Notes under the pieces: generated by a model | The model's input: the letters and a program-made list of their open reading frames with translations, nothing else | The model's database searches: none | Told to the model about the DNA's origin: nothing | In this document: positions 1 through 9,165 of the stretch, in pieces | How the letters are laid out: every line of letters starts with the position of its first letter | Numbering within the stretch: the stretch's first letter is position 1 | DNA from: a virus | Virus record (IMG/VR): IMGVR_UViG_3300034954_001721 | DNA length: 64,000 nt | Direction: 5' to 3' (one strand) | Program-made: the position numbers and the translations under genes

Positions 1-365
1 TGGAAACTTATTCTAAAGTTTACGAAGAAAGAGAACCTCAAGCAATTGATGAGGGCATCATGGGTGCTCTTGCAAAGGTTGGTGAGGTAGTAGCAGAAGA
101 AAAAACTGCTGCTGATCCTGGTATGAAGGCAAGAATGGGTAAGGAAGCACCTAAAAAAGGTGGTTATCAACTTCCTAAGAGAACTCCTGAAAACGCAAAG
201 AACGTTGAGTATTATAAGGATGATGCAGACCTCTTTGATATCATCAAGGGTCACTTCATTGAGGAGGGTCTCACCGAAGAGGAAGCACTTGTTAAGATGT
301 TTGAACTTACTGAAGATGAGAAAATTGAAATTCTAAATAAAACCACTACGGAAGAAAACTCATGA
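1..365 (+). CDS. 5'-truncated putative internal head/virion protein
   Basis: Frame is open to the window edge (ETYSKVYEE...AIDEGIMG). The C-terminal DLFDIIKGHFIEEGLTEEEALVKM resembles the C-terminus of 29208..30224. Confidence 0.55.
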   Translation, partial: ETYSKVYEEREPQAIDEGIMGALAKVGEVVAEEKTAADPGMKARMGKEAPKKGGYQLPKRTPENAKNVEYYKDDADLFDIIKGHFIEEGLTEEEALVKMFELTEDEKIEILNKTTTEENS

Positions 366-613
366 GCAAATTCGGAGATTTGATGAGGGGTAATGCTCCT
401 GCAGCACCTACTCCTCCAGCACCAGTATCTGCACCAACTCCAGAAGCAGAAGATGTTGCACCCCCTGCACCAGTGATTAAAAAGGCACCTGTTCTGGAAA
501 ATATGAACAAGAAAGAACTTGAAAAGTATGGTAGAACTATTGGTATTGAACTCGATAGACGCCATAGCAAGGATTCTCTGATCAAAGAACTTAAAGATGT
601 AGAGAATGAGTGA
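362..613 (+). CDS. hypothetical Pro/Ala-rich protein with short C-terminal helical domain
   Basis: ATGA overlap with the upstream stop; LENMNKKELEKYGRTIGIELD helix-loop-helix-like segment. Confidence 0.6.
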   Translation: MSKFGDLMRGNAPAAPTPPAPVSAPTPEAEDVAPPAPVIKKAPVLENMNKKELEKYGRTIGIELDRRHSKDSLIKELKDVENE

Positions 614-636
614 ACCAGTTTATAAACTGGCACACG

Positions 637-660
637 GGGGGTCTTTGGACCCCCTTTTTT
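637..660 (+). terminator. intrinsic terminator
   Basis: gggggtc-tttg-gaccccc stem followed by a T-run. Confidence 0.75.
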
Positions 661-695
661 ATTGTATAATTACTTCAGTTAAAACAAACAACCCA

Positions 696-1760
696 ATGGG
701 ACTGTCCAAGCAAAACATCATTACCTCTCTCCAAGAGACTTATGGTGAATCTGTCACTAGTGCAGATATCCGTGCTTGGTGTGCAATGAACGATTGTAAC
801 TACCAAACCATCTCTAACAAGATTGCTGATTGCAAAGTTGGTCGTGGTAAGTGGAATCTGACTGTACAAGAGAAACTAGAACAAACTTATCAGGCACCTC
901 CTGCATTGCCTGCAACCGAGCAAAACCTTATCCCTACGAAAGATGATTCCTTCGTCAAGTTTGGCAATTTTGGTGACATTAAAAAAATTATTGAGACCCG
1001 TGTCTTCTACCCTACGTTTATCACGGGTCTCTCGGGTAACGGTAAAACGTTTTCTATTGAACAAGCGTGTGCCCAACTCGGACGGGAACTCATCCGTGTA
1101 AACATTACTATTGAAACTGATGAAGATGATCTCATTGGCGGTTTCCGCCTTGTTGATGGTGCAACCGTCTGGCACAATGGCCCAGTCATTGAAGCACTCG
1201 AACGAGGTGCTGTCCTGCTCCTTGACGAGGTTGACCTCGCCTCTAATAAAATTCTCTGTCTCCAAAGTATCCTTGAAGGAAATGGAGTCTTTCTTAAGAA
1301 AATTGGCAAGTTTGTCCGACCCAGTGCAGGTTTCAACGTCATCGCAACCGCAAACACTAAAGGCAAAGGTTCAGACGACGGACGATTCATTGGAACTAAC
1401 GTGCTCAATGAAGCCTTCCTTGAACGATTCCCAGTGACCTTTGAGCAGGAGTACCCCACCACTGCTACTGAAACTAAGATTCTCAACAAACTGTGTGATG
1501 ATGAGAACTTCTGTAAGCGACTTGCAGACTGGGCAGATATTATCCGTAAGACCTTCTATGATGGTGGTATTGAAGAAATCATCAGCACCCGCCGTTTGGT
1601 TCATATTGTGAAGGCGTATAGTATCTTTAAAGATAAGGCAAAGGCAATCCAGGTCTGTGTCAATCGCTTTGATGATGAGACTAAGCAGGCATTCCTTGAA
1701 CTGTATGACAAGGTAGATGCTGATTTCCAAATGCCCGTTGACGAGACCACTGTCTCCTGA
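696..1760 (+). CDS. cobS: CobS-like MoxR AAA+ ATPase (cyanophage core gene)
   Basis: Walker A GLSGNGKT, Walker B LLLDE, ATAN sensor, AFLERF arginine finger. Start moved to ATG 696, downstream of the terminator and TATAAT. Confidence 0.9.
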   Translation: MGLSKQNIITSLQETYGESVTSADIRAWCAMNDCNYQTISNKIADCKVGRGKWNLTVQEKLEQTYQAPPALPATEQNLIPTKDDSFVKFGNFGDIKKIIETRVFYPTFITGLSGNGKTFSIEQACAQLGRELIRVNITIETDEDDLIGGFRLVDGATVWHNGPVIEALERGAVLLLDEVDLASNKILCLQSILEGNGVFLKKIGKFVRPSAGFNVIATANTKGKGSDDGRFIGTNVLNEAFLERFPVTFEQEYPTTATETKILNKLCDDENFCKRLADWADIIRKTFYDGGIEEIISTRRLVHIVKAYSIFKDKAKAIQVCVNRFDDETKQAFLELYDKVDADFQMPVDETTVS

Positions 1761-1766
1761 TATAAT
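1738..1766 (+). promoter_or_regulatory. sigma70-type promoter
   Basis: TTGACG-17 nt-TATAAT. Confidence 0.75.
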
Positions 1767-1771
1767 AGATT

Positions 1772-2173
1772 ATGACTAATTCATGGTCCATGCTTTACGA
1801 TGAAATTTTGAAAATGGATGAAAACGATTTTACTGTTCATATGACGGACACCTCTACAGGTTCTATTGACCTAATCAATCCTAGAACACCTTGGAAGTAT
1901 AGTGAAGAGGAAATTCTTCAAGAACTTCTTGAATATGTTCGGGGAACTTACAATCAGCACTATTCTGCTGGTGACGACAAAATTCAGACACTTGATCTGA
2001 TTGAAGCATGTGGTGACGGTGAAGCATTTTGCCGTAGCAACATTCTCAAGTATGCCTCTCGGTATGATAAGAAAGGCACTGCCCGTCGTGACATTATGAA
2101 GATCTTGCATTATGCTGTCCTTCTGATGCACTTCAACGATAAAAACGCAAAACGCGAAACCTACCCCCAGTGA
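1772..2173 (+). CDS. DUF3310-like (T7 gp1.7-like nucleotide kinase family) protein
   Basis: HY...IQTLDLIE...FCRSNILKYASRYDKKG...DIMKILHY. Confidence 0.65.
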   Translation: MTNSWSMLYDEILKMDENDFTVHMTDTSTGSIDLINPRTPWKYSEEEILQELLEYVRGTYNQHYSAGDDKIQTLDLIEACGDGEAFCRSNILKYASRYDKKGTARRDIMKILHYAVLLMHFNDKNAKRETYPQ

Positions 2174-2859
2174 TGAAATTGAATCCCAATACTATGAAAC
2201 TATCCGACAACACTCTCACCGTTCTCAAGAACTTTGCTGGTATTAATAACTCTATTCTTGTGAAAGAGGGTAATCGTCTTCGTACTATCTCTGTTGCCAA
2301 GAACATTCTTGCCGAAGCAGATATTAAAGAAGACTTTCCTCGTGATTTTGCTATTTACGATCTTAATCAATTTCTAAATGGTTTGAGTCTTCATCAGGAT
2401 CCTGATCTTGACTTTAAAGAAGATTCTTACCTGAGTATTAAAGAAGGCAAGCGTCGTGTTAAGTATTTCTACGCTGATCCTAATGTCATCATTTCTCCTC
2501 CCGAAAAAGAGATTAACCTGCCCACTCAAGATGTCTGTTTTCAGTTAGATAGTGCATCTTTGGAAAAATTGGTAAAAGCGGCACAGGTTTATCAACTTCC
2601 TGATTTTTCTGCTGTTGGTGAAGCAGGTGTAATTAAACTGGTAGTTCGTGATAAGAAGAATGATACTTCTAACGAGTATGCTATCGTTGTTGGTGAAACT
2701 GATAAAGAGTTTACTTTTAACTTCAAAGTAGAAAACATCAAGATTATTCCTGGTGCCTACGATGTGGTTGTCTCCTCTAAACTTTTATCACAATTTATCA
2801 ATACCAAATATAATCTGACCTATTATATTGCTCTGGAACCTGATTCGACCTTTGGATGA
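2173..2859 (+). CDS. gp45: DNA polymerase sliding clamp
   Basis: MKLSDNTLTVLKNFAGINNSI N-terminus, YYIALE C-terminus, T4 gene order. Confidence 0.95.
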   Translation: MKLNPNTMKLSDNTLTVLKNFAGINNSILVKEGNRLRTISVAKNILAEADIKEDFPRDFAIYDLNQFLNGLSLHQDPDLDFKEDSYLSIKEGKRRVKYFYADPNVIISPPEKEINLPTQDVCFQLDSASLEKLVKAAQVYQLPDFSAVGEAGVIKLVVRDKKNDTSNEYAIVVGETDKEFTFNFKVENIKIIPGAYDVVVSSKLLSQFINTKYNLTYYIALEPDSTFG

Positions 2860-2872
2860 ACTATTAGTTAGG

Positions 2873-3067
2873 ATGCGAATTGCGGGCAGCATTGGAGTCA
2901 TTGTTGCCTACTTCGTTATTCTTCACGTCAGCTCTTTTTGGGGAGTTGCACTGCATTTCATTGCAGATCTAATTACAATTCCATACTTTATTAGAACAAA
3001 AGCATGGGATCTTGTTATAATGTTGACATTCCTACTATCCATCAGTGTTAGTAAACTTGTATTATGA
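2873..3067 (+). CDS. small membrane protein
   Basis: Two to three hydrophobic segments; stop overlaps the gp44 start. Confidence 0.55.
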   Translation: MRIAGSIGVIVAYFVILHVSSFWGVALHFIADLITIPYFIRTKAWDLVIMLTFLLSISVSKLVL

Positions 3068-4005
3068 GTGATTTTATTTGGGTTGAAAAATACCGACCTA
3101 AGACTATTGAAGAGTGTATCCTCCCTGAACAAACTAAGAAGACTTTTCAAGACTTCCTAGATAAAGGAGAGATTCCTAATATGCTCCTTGCTGGTCCTCC
3201 AGGTATTGGTAAGACTACAGTTGCAAAGGCTCTCTGTAATGAACTTGGAGCTGACGTTTATGTCATCAACGGATCCGATGAAGGACGATTCCTGGATACT
3301 GTCCGAAACAATGCGAAAAATTTCGCTTCGACCGTCTCGCTTACGGCAACTGCAAAACACAAAGTCATCATCATTGATGAAGCAGATAACACGTCCAATG
3401 ATGTACAACTCCTCTTACGGGCGTTTATTGAGGAGTTTGCTGGCAACTGCAGATTCATCTTCACCTGCAACTACAAAAACAAAATCCTTGAACCCCTCCA
3501 TTCCCGATGTGCCGTCGTTGAGTTTGGAATCAAAGGAAAAGAACGTCAAGGCATTGCCGCCCAGTTCTTCAAACGTATCCAACAAATCTTGGATACAGAA
3601 GGTGTTGAATATGATAACAAGGTCCTGGTAGAACTAATCAATAAGCACTTTCCTGATTGGAGACGTGTATTAAATGAGTGTCAACGATACTCTGTTAGTG
3701 GTAAAATTGACTCTGGCATTCTTGCTACCTTCTCTGATGTTGCTGTAAATGAACTTGTTAAAAACCTTAAAACCAAGAACTTTGCGGAGGTTCGTAAGTG
3801 GATCGTTTCTAATCTGGACAACGATACTACTGTACTTTTGCGTCGTATTTACGATGCTTGTTATGATGCCCTTGAAAACAATAGCATTCCTGCTGCTGTG
3901 CTCGTTCTTGCTAAGTATCAGTATCAGTCTGCATTTGTGGCAGACCAGGAGATAAATATGCTTGCTTGTTTAACCGAAATTATGGTGGAGTGTGAATTCA
4001 AATGA
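3064..4005 (+). CDS. gp44: clamp loader large subunit
   Basis: WVEKYRP, GPPGIGKT, IIDEAD, SRC motifs. Confidence 0.96.
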   Translation: MSDFIWVEKYRPKTIEECILPEQTKKTFQDFLDKGEIPNMLLAGPPGIGKTTVAKALCNELGADVYVINGSDEGRFLDTVRNNAKNFASTVSLTATAKHKVIIIDEADNTSNDVQLLLRAFIEEFAGNCRFIFTCNYKNKILEPLHSRCAVVEFGIKGKERQGIAAQFFKRIQQILDTEGVEYDNKVLVELINKHFPDWRRVLNECQRYSVSGKIDSGILATFSDVAVNELVKNLKTKNFAEVRKWIVSNLDNDTTVLLRRIYDACYDALENNSIPAAVLVLAKYQYQSAFVADQEINMLACLTEIMVECEFK

Positions 4006-4289
4006 ATGTTAAATTGATTCGTATGTGGTCTGGCGAAGATGTTGTTGCCGACCTGATTGAAGAAAAGGAAGACTCTATAGTCTTTTGTAATCCTATCGTT
4101 GCTGTGCCTGCTGGTAATGGTCAGATGGGATTTGCTCCTTGGTCTCCCCTTCTTAAAGAAAAGGGTGAAGAGTTAGAAGTAACTAAAAACTATGTGGTCT
4201 ACATTACTGATACGCAAGAACAAATTATTGAACAATATGAAAGTATGTTTTCTGTGATTCAGACACCTAGTAAAAAACTAGTATTATGA
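4002..4289 (+). CDS. conserved hypothetical phage protein (small beta-rich)
   Basis: Coupled ORF; KLIRMWSGEDVVAD...FAPWSP pattern typical of T4-like phages. Confidence 0.7.
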   Translation: MNVKLIRMWSGEDVVADLIEEKEDSIVFCNPIVAVPAGNGQMGFAPWSPLLKEKGEELEVTKNYVVYITDTQEQIIEQYESMFSVIQTPSKKLVL

Positions 4290-4495
4290 AAAATAAAAAA
4301 ACAAAGGTATTAGCACAAATGAAATCATCTCACTATTATATTTTTTGGGGAATTGCTACTACTGCAGTTGTCTTTGGTCAACTTTATGTTGGAACTGGGT
4401 ATCGTGTATTGCATCAGGATATGCAAGAACTACTTAATAAAGTTGATGGAGTTCTTCTACATAAAGACAATACTCCTTATGGAGATTTATTGTGA
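4286..4495 (+). CDS. hypothetical membrane protein
   Basis: Coupled ORF with one TM segment. Confidence 0.55.
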   Translation: MKNKKTKVLAQMKSSHYYIFWGIATTAVVFGQLYVGTGYRVLHQDMQELLNKVDGVLLHKDNTPYGDLL

Positions 4496-4728
4496 GTCTT
4501 CTCAAAATTGATACTAAAAATCTAGTAGAACCAAGAGTAAAGACCACACCTCAAAATGTTCAAGAGGCAAATGAAGCACTGTTCCGTGCTAAAATGACTC
4601 TACCCGCTGCTGCAAAGCACTGTGGAATGACCCATAAGGAAATGAAACTGACCTTCTGGGAATTTTTGAAATACAACAAACCTGATTATGAAATCCCTGA
4701 AAACACCATTGAGGTACCCAGGGGGTAA
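4492..4728 (+). CDS. hypothetical protein (possible HTH)
   Basis: Coupled ORF; MTLPAAAKHCGMT resembles an HTH. Confidence 0.55.
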   Translation: MSLLKIDTKNLVEPRVKTTPQNVQEANEALFRAKMTLPAAAKHCGMTHKEMKLTFWEFLKYNKPDYEIPENTIEVPRG

Positions 4729-5560
4729 ATCCCGTGCTTGTACCAAACTTGATCAATACATTCCTAATCTTGATGGATATAAGGAATACCGAGAACCATT
4801 TCTTGGTGGTGGTAGCGTAGCAATTCACATTACTAAGAAGTATCCACATCTGCAGATTTGGGTCAATGATCTATATGAACCTCTAATCAACTTTTGGAAG
4901 ACTCTGCAAGATGATGGATATGAACTTTACAAACGACTTCAAGAACTTAAGTCTCGTTACCCAGACCAAGAATCTGCAAGAGGTCTATTTTTAGAAGCAA
5001 AGGAACTTGTAAATGATGATTCCATTTCCCCTCTATATCGCGCTTGTAGTTTCTACGTTATTAACAAGTGCTCTTTTTCTGGTCTCACTGAGTCCTCATC
5101 CTTTAGCAGGCAAGCGTCTGACTCCAACTTCTCAATGCGAGGAATTGAGAAACTACAAGGATATTCTCAAATAATCAAAGATTGGAAAATCACTAACGAT
5201 AGATATCAACAACTTCTTAGTGATGATAAGTCGATCTTTACTTACCTTGATCCACCATACGATATCAATTCTAACTTGTATGGTAAAAAGGGTGATATGC
5301 ACAAATCATTTGACCATGACGGTTTTGCTACCATTTGTGATAGATTTATTGGACCACAACTCATATCTTATAATTCGTCTCAACTTATCAAAGACCGATT
5401 CAAAGATTATGAAGTTGGTGAGTTTGACCTGACTTATACCATGCGCTCCGTTGGGGAGTACATGAGAGAACAAAAAGAACGTAAGGAACTTTTACTTTTT
5501 AATTATGGAATTGAAGGATTGGTTGAACAGTATCAATCAGACGAAAGAGAATCTGATTGA
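4688..5560 (+). CDS. dam: DNA adenine methyltransferase (D12 class)
   Basis: LRYPGGKS, EPFLGGGS, NDL, YLDPPY. Confidence 0.92.
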   Translation: MKSLKTPLRYPGGKSRACTKLDQYIPNLDGYKEYREPFLGGGSVAIHITKKYPHLQIWVNDLYEPLINFWKTLQDDGYELYKRLQELKSRYPDQESARGLFLEAKELVNDDSISPLYRACSFYVINKCSFSGLTESSSFSRQASDSNFSMRGIEKLQGYSQIIKDWKITNDRYQQLLSDDKSIFTYLDPPYDINSNLYGKKGDMHKSFDHDGFATICDRFIGPQLISYNSSQLIKDRFKDYEVGEFDLTYTMRSVGEYMREQKERKELLLFNYGIEGLVEQYQSDERESD

Positions 5561-5885
5561 CGAAGATCCGTCACTTGAAAAAGAATATCCTCCTTATATT
5601 ATCAATCGCTGTTTCTCGGGACATCTTGATGCAATTATGTTCGCTAATGAAATGAATCAGCATCATTTCCTCCCGAAGAAACTTCAATATGATTTTTATC
5701 TAAATAGTCTGAGGAAAAAGAAGAGATTTTCTCCCTGGCTCCGACAAGATAAGGTCAAAGATCTTGATTATGTCAAACAATACTATGGTTATAGTAATGA
5801 GAAGGCAAAGCAAGTTTTGAAGATTCTTACAGAAGAACAACTTAATTTTATTAAAGCGAAATTTGAAACTGGAGGAAAACGATGA
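5505..5885 (+). CDS. gp62: clamp loader small subunit
   Basis: LNSINQTK, YPPYIINR, ANEMN, RKKKRFSPW; position. Confidence 0.92.
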   Translation: MELKDWLNSINQTKENLIDEDPSLEKEYPPYIINRCFSGHLDAIMFANEMNQHHFLPKKLQYDFYLNSLRKKKRFSPWLRQDKVKDLDYVKQYYGYSNEKAKQVLKILTEEQLNFIKAKFETGGKR

Positions 5886-6322
5886 GTGTCGTTCAAGAAC
5901 CCGAAGTTAAATGGGCACCTGAACAAATGGTTGAAGTGGTTCTGAACGAACCTGATGACTTTTTGAAAGTGCGTGAAACTTTGACTCGTATTGGTGTAGC
6001 ATCAAGGAAAGAGAAAAAAATCTATCAGTCTTGTCATATCCTACACAAACAAGGTAGATATTATCTCGTTCATTTCAAAGAACTATTTGCGCTGGATGGA
6101 AAGCACGCAAATCTTACAGTCAACGATGTCCAACGTCGTAACCGTATTGCTCAGTTACTTGCTGACTGGGGTCTTATTGGTATTGTAGATGTCACTAAGA
6201 TTCAAGATATCGCTCCGCTTAATCAGATTAAAGTACTTGCTTATAAAGACAAGCAAGACTGGATTCTTGAAACTAAGTATAATATTGGAGCGAAGAAGAA
6301 AAAAGCGGAAGTATCTGAATGA
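5882..6322 (+). CDS. regA: translational repressor RegA
   Basis: DDFLKVRETLTRIG, QSCHILHKQGRYYLVHFKELFALDG. Confidence 0.96.
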   Translation: MSVVQEPEVKWAPEQMVEVVLNEPDDFLKVRETLTRIGVASRKEKKIYQSCHILHKQGRYYLVHFKELFALDGKHANLTVNDVQRRNRIAQLLADWGLIGIVDVTKIQDIAPLNQIKVLAYKDKQDWILETKYNIGAKKKKAEVSE

Positions 6323-7140
6323 AATTGAAAAGTCTGGGTAAAGTCTTTGAACTTAACCCAGAACATAATTTTGTTTATAAAAAAAATAAGAAATTATCCA
6401 GAGTATTAATTGATTTCATTAATATCACTCTAGATTGTTTTGCTGTAAATTATAATATTGATGCTCATTCAATATACTTGAGAGGTTCATGTTTAGACAG
6501 AGATATTGTTGATAAAGATACCTTTGATATTGATTTGAATATTGTTCATGAGGATGAATCTGTAGAATCAAGTATGTGGTTGCATAGTGATTATCATCCA
6601 CAAATAATGCAGAAAATGGAAGAACTTCATGGGTTTTCAGTTTTTCCTGATGTTGATATAAGACATAAAAATTTTTTTCTTCATAAGACAGACACTAGAT
6701 TTTATTCTATGAAGATATGGGGAGAGGAAGATCTTTCTATATCAATAATCAGTCATAATAAAATTGTTAAGTATTTCGCTGACTTGTATGATGATGAAAC
6801 TAATCGTTCTATCTCGCAAGTGAGAATAGCAAAGGAAAAATCTAATCCAATATTGGTGAGAAGTGCTGCAAAAGTTTTTTACAGAAACTTTGGTTTAAAG
6901 GCATTACTTGAAAGGGGTAAGTTAAGTAGGAGTGTTTATCAATGTCATAATGCATTGATGGAAAAATATCCAAAGTATTCTAAAGAACTTACTAATATCT
7001 TGGATTTATTTTTAAATGTTGAAAGTTATTCGAGACAGCAAATAATAGACGTTCTTGATGAAATGCAAGCAGTAATTAAATGTTTATATCATGAAAAATC
7101 ATCTCCTCATATTGTGAAGGTGTGTTATGTGGATAAATAA
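6319..7140 (+). CDS. putative pol-beta-superfamily nucleotidyltransferase
   Basis: SIYLRGS...DIDLNIV (hG[S]-DxD motif), a third acidic strand (DVDI) and a helical C-terminal half. Confidence 0.55.
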   Translation: MKLKSLGKVFELNPEHNFVYKKNKKLSRVLIDFINITLDCFAVNYNIDAHSIYLRGSCLDRDIVDKDTFDIDLNIVHEDESVESSMWLHSDYHPQIMQKMEELHGFSVFPDVDIRHKNFFLHKTDTRFYSMKIWGEEDLSISIISHNKIVKYFADLYDDETNRSISQVRIAKEKSNPILVRSAAKVFYRNFGLKALLERGKLSRSVYQCHNALMEKYPKYSKELTNILDLFLNVESYSRQQIIDVLDEMQAVIKCLYHEKSSPHIVKVCYVDK

Positions 7141-7167
7141 AAAGAAGTAAAGGATTTTCCCTTTTTA

Positions 7168-8550
7168 ATGGGACGAAATAATTTTATTAGGGCAATAAGA
7201 CATCTTAAGGATGAAGGAGTAGATAAGAAGATAGATCATCTTGTTACTGAGATGATGAAAACTAGTGGTTTCTATAACTTGGTTCAGCAGGATGATGGAG
7301 ATCCTTATATTCCACCAACGTTTTCTCAGGCTCCATTAGGAGATTTTTCTGATTTATCTAATTTTGTTTGGAATAGTCAAGGTGATGGTAGTTCAAATTC
7401 TCATAATCTACAACAACTTCAGCATCAGGATGCTCAAGGTAACATAAAAAGTATTTTTTCGCTTCCAGATTTAGATGGATATAATGGAACTCCTTATGTG
7501 ATGGCTATTGGACCCAATCTTTCTGTTACTGGTAGTCCACTTGGATATATTAGTGATAATGGATTTAATGCTGTATTTCAAATTGGTAATGTCTTTAGTA
7601 ATCCAATGTCGGATTTCCAGAGAGCATTTGTAGAGGCATATGAAAATGGTAATTTCATTCAAAAATCTATACAACTATGGGGACCTTTATTGTATAGGGT
7701 AACAACACCAGTTACACCAGCTGCATTTTATCCATCTGGTAGAGATTTTAATACAGTTCCTAAAGCAGAAAAAGGTTTATACACATATAATATATTAATT
7801 CCAGTTACTCCTGGAACACAAACTCCTATACCTAACTCTGTAATGAGTGATGCTGGACAACCAGCAACACAACCAAGAGTAACTAATGTTATAAGTAGAA
7901 ATGATCTTGGTGATCCAAATTATTATCCTGGACCAGTAACAAATGTGAGTCCAGAAGCAATCAATTATCTATTATCGAGAATACCTCCTTACGTTGGTAG
8001 ACCACCCAGAAATTCTCCTGGTCCAGGTCCTCAAAATGTTCAGGGACCTCATCAACCAGTGAAGTATTATCCTGGTATGGGATTTGCACCTGTGGGACCT
8101 GTTCAACCTGGACCTTGGAGTCTTGCTAATAGTAACGAACCAAGAGGAGAAGTTCTCTCTGAAGAATATACTCTAACCAAGAATGATTTTGCTAGACTCA
8201 ATAAGTATGTGAAAGATCACCCAGAGGAACTTGAATATGCATTCAGCAGATATCCCGCATCAGATCCTAGACTTTCCAAGTTAAATTGGAAAATGGATTG
8301 TATGAATCGTGCAAATGAAGAATATTTGGAGATGCAGTTTCCAATTAATCAGAGTGTATTCAAGAGAACCCAGGAATCAATCAAGAAGAATATTAAACTT
8401 TCAGATCCAAAATCTTTTAAGGTAACTCCATCTCCAATTAGACATGAAGATGTTGTGGTAGAAAAAGTAAGATCTGTTAAAAAATATATGAAACCAATAA
8501 AGAAAATTAAACCAGCATTTCTTAGAAAGAAGGGTAAACCGAACTCCTGA
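7168..8550 (+). CDS. hypothetical protein, probable virion/internal protein
   Basis: 460-aa ORF after a GATAAATA late-like box; Pro/Gly/Asn-rich core, basic termini. Confidence 0.6.
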   Translation: MGRNNFIRAIRHLKDEGVDKKIDHLVTEMMKTSGFYNLVQQDDGDPYIPPTFSQAPLGDFSDLSNFVWNSQGDGSSNSHNLQQLQHQDAQGNIKSIFSLPDLDGYNGTPYVMAIGPNLSVTGSPLGYISDNGFNAVFQIGNVFSNPMSDFQRAFVEAYENGNFIQKSIQLWGPLLYRVTTPVTPAAFYPSGRDFNTVPKAEKGLYTYNILIPVTPGTQTPIPNSVMSDAGQPATQPRVTNVISRNDLGDPNYYPGPVTNVSPEAINYLLSRIPPYVGRPPRNSPGPGPQNVQGPHQPVKYYPGMGFAPVGPVQPGPWSLANSNEPRGEVLSEEYTLTKNDFARLNKYVKDHPEELEYAFSRYPASDPRLSKLNWKMDCMNRANEEYLEMQFPINQSVFKRTQESIKKNIKLSDPKSFKVTPSPIRHEDVVVEKVRSVKKYMKPIKKIKPAFLRKKGKPNS

Positions 8551-8565
8551 TTTTTAAAAGCGTGC

Positions 8566-8573
8566 TATAAATA
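8566..8573 (+). promoter_or_regulatory. T4-type late promoter
   Basis: TATAAATA upstream of hsp20. Confidence 0.75.
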
Positions 8574-8632
8574 TGTGTGATTGCCTTCGGGGATCACACA
8601 ACACAAACTCGCTTTTATAGGAGCTAATAACC

Positions 8633-9067
8633 ATGGGGAACTTAATGAAGTTTCATACGAAGGATCTGCCTGAGCTGATGGACCGTATAAATAGGTACAG
8701 TATCGGCATGGATGATTACTTTGATCGTCTTGGGACGCTGCACGAGACGCAAACTAACTATCCACCATACAACCTAGTTCAACTAAGCAATGTAGATTAC
8801 CGCTTAGAACTAGCACTTGCAGGTTTTAAAAAGGAAGAAATTAATGTCTACACACAAGACGGAAAACTTTTTGTCGAAGGGCAAAAAGAAGATACCGAAT
8901 CTGGAGCAACATATGTCCATAGAGGAATGGCTCAAAGATCTTTCACTAGATCATGGACCCTCAGTGACGAGACGGAAGTTAGATCAGTTAGCTTTGAGGA
9001 TGGGCTTTTAATCATTGAGTTGGGTAAAATTGTTCCAGAACATCATCAGAGAAAAGATTATCTCTAA
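8633..9067 (+). CDS. hsp20: small heat-shock protein (IbpA-like)
   Basis: NYPPYN, ELALAGF, YVHRGMAQRSF, FEDGLL. Confidence 0.95.
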   Translation: MGNLMKFHTKDLPELMDRINRYSIGMDDYFDRLGTLHETQTNYPPYNLVQLSNVDYRLELALAGFKKEEINVYTQDGKLFVEGQKEDTESGATYVHRGMAQRSFTRSWTLSDETEVRSVSFEDGLLIIELGKIVPEHHQRKDYL

Positions 9068-9092
9068 ATACTAACGAATATCGTCGCCGCAG

Positions 9093-9132
9093 GGGAGCAA
9101 CTGGCAAAATCCAGTTGACGCTCCCTTTTTTT
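9093..9132 (+). terminator. intrinsic terminator overlapping the next promoter
   Basis: gggagc-aactgg-caaaat-ccagtt-gacgctccc followed by a T-run. Confidence 0.7.
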
Positions 9133-9143
9133 ATTGCTATAAT
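9115..9143 (+). promoter_or_regulatory. sigma70-type promoter
   Basis: TTGACG-17 nt-TATAAT. Confidence 0.75.
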
Positions 9144-9165
9144 ATCTGGAGGAATATCTTTAAAA

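Noticed and set aside
606-695. N-terminal extension of CobS from ATG 606
   Set aside because: Spans a palindrome, terminator and -10 box; ATG 696 is more plausible.
696-1760. Cobalamin biosynthesis role for cobS
   Set aside because: No other cob genes in the window; the motifs support only a MoxR-type ATPase.
4688-5560. dam as part of a restriction-modification system
   Set aside because: No cognate endonuclease nearby; orphan methylases are common in T4-like phages.
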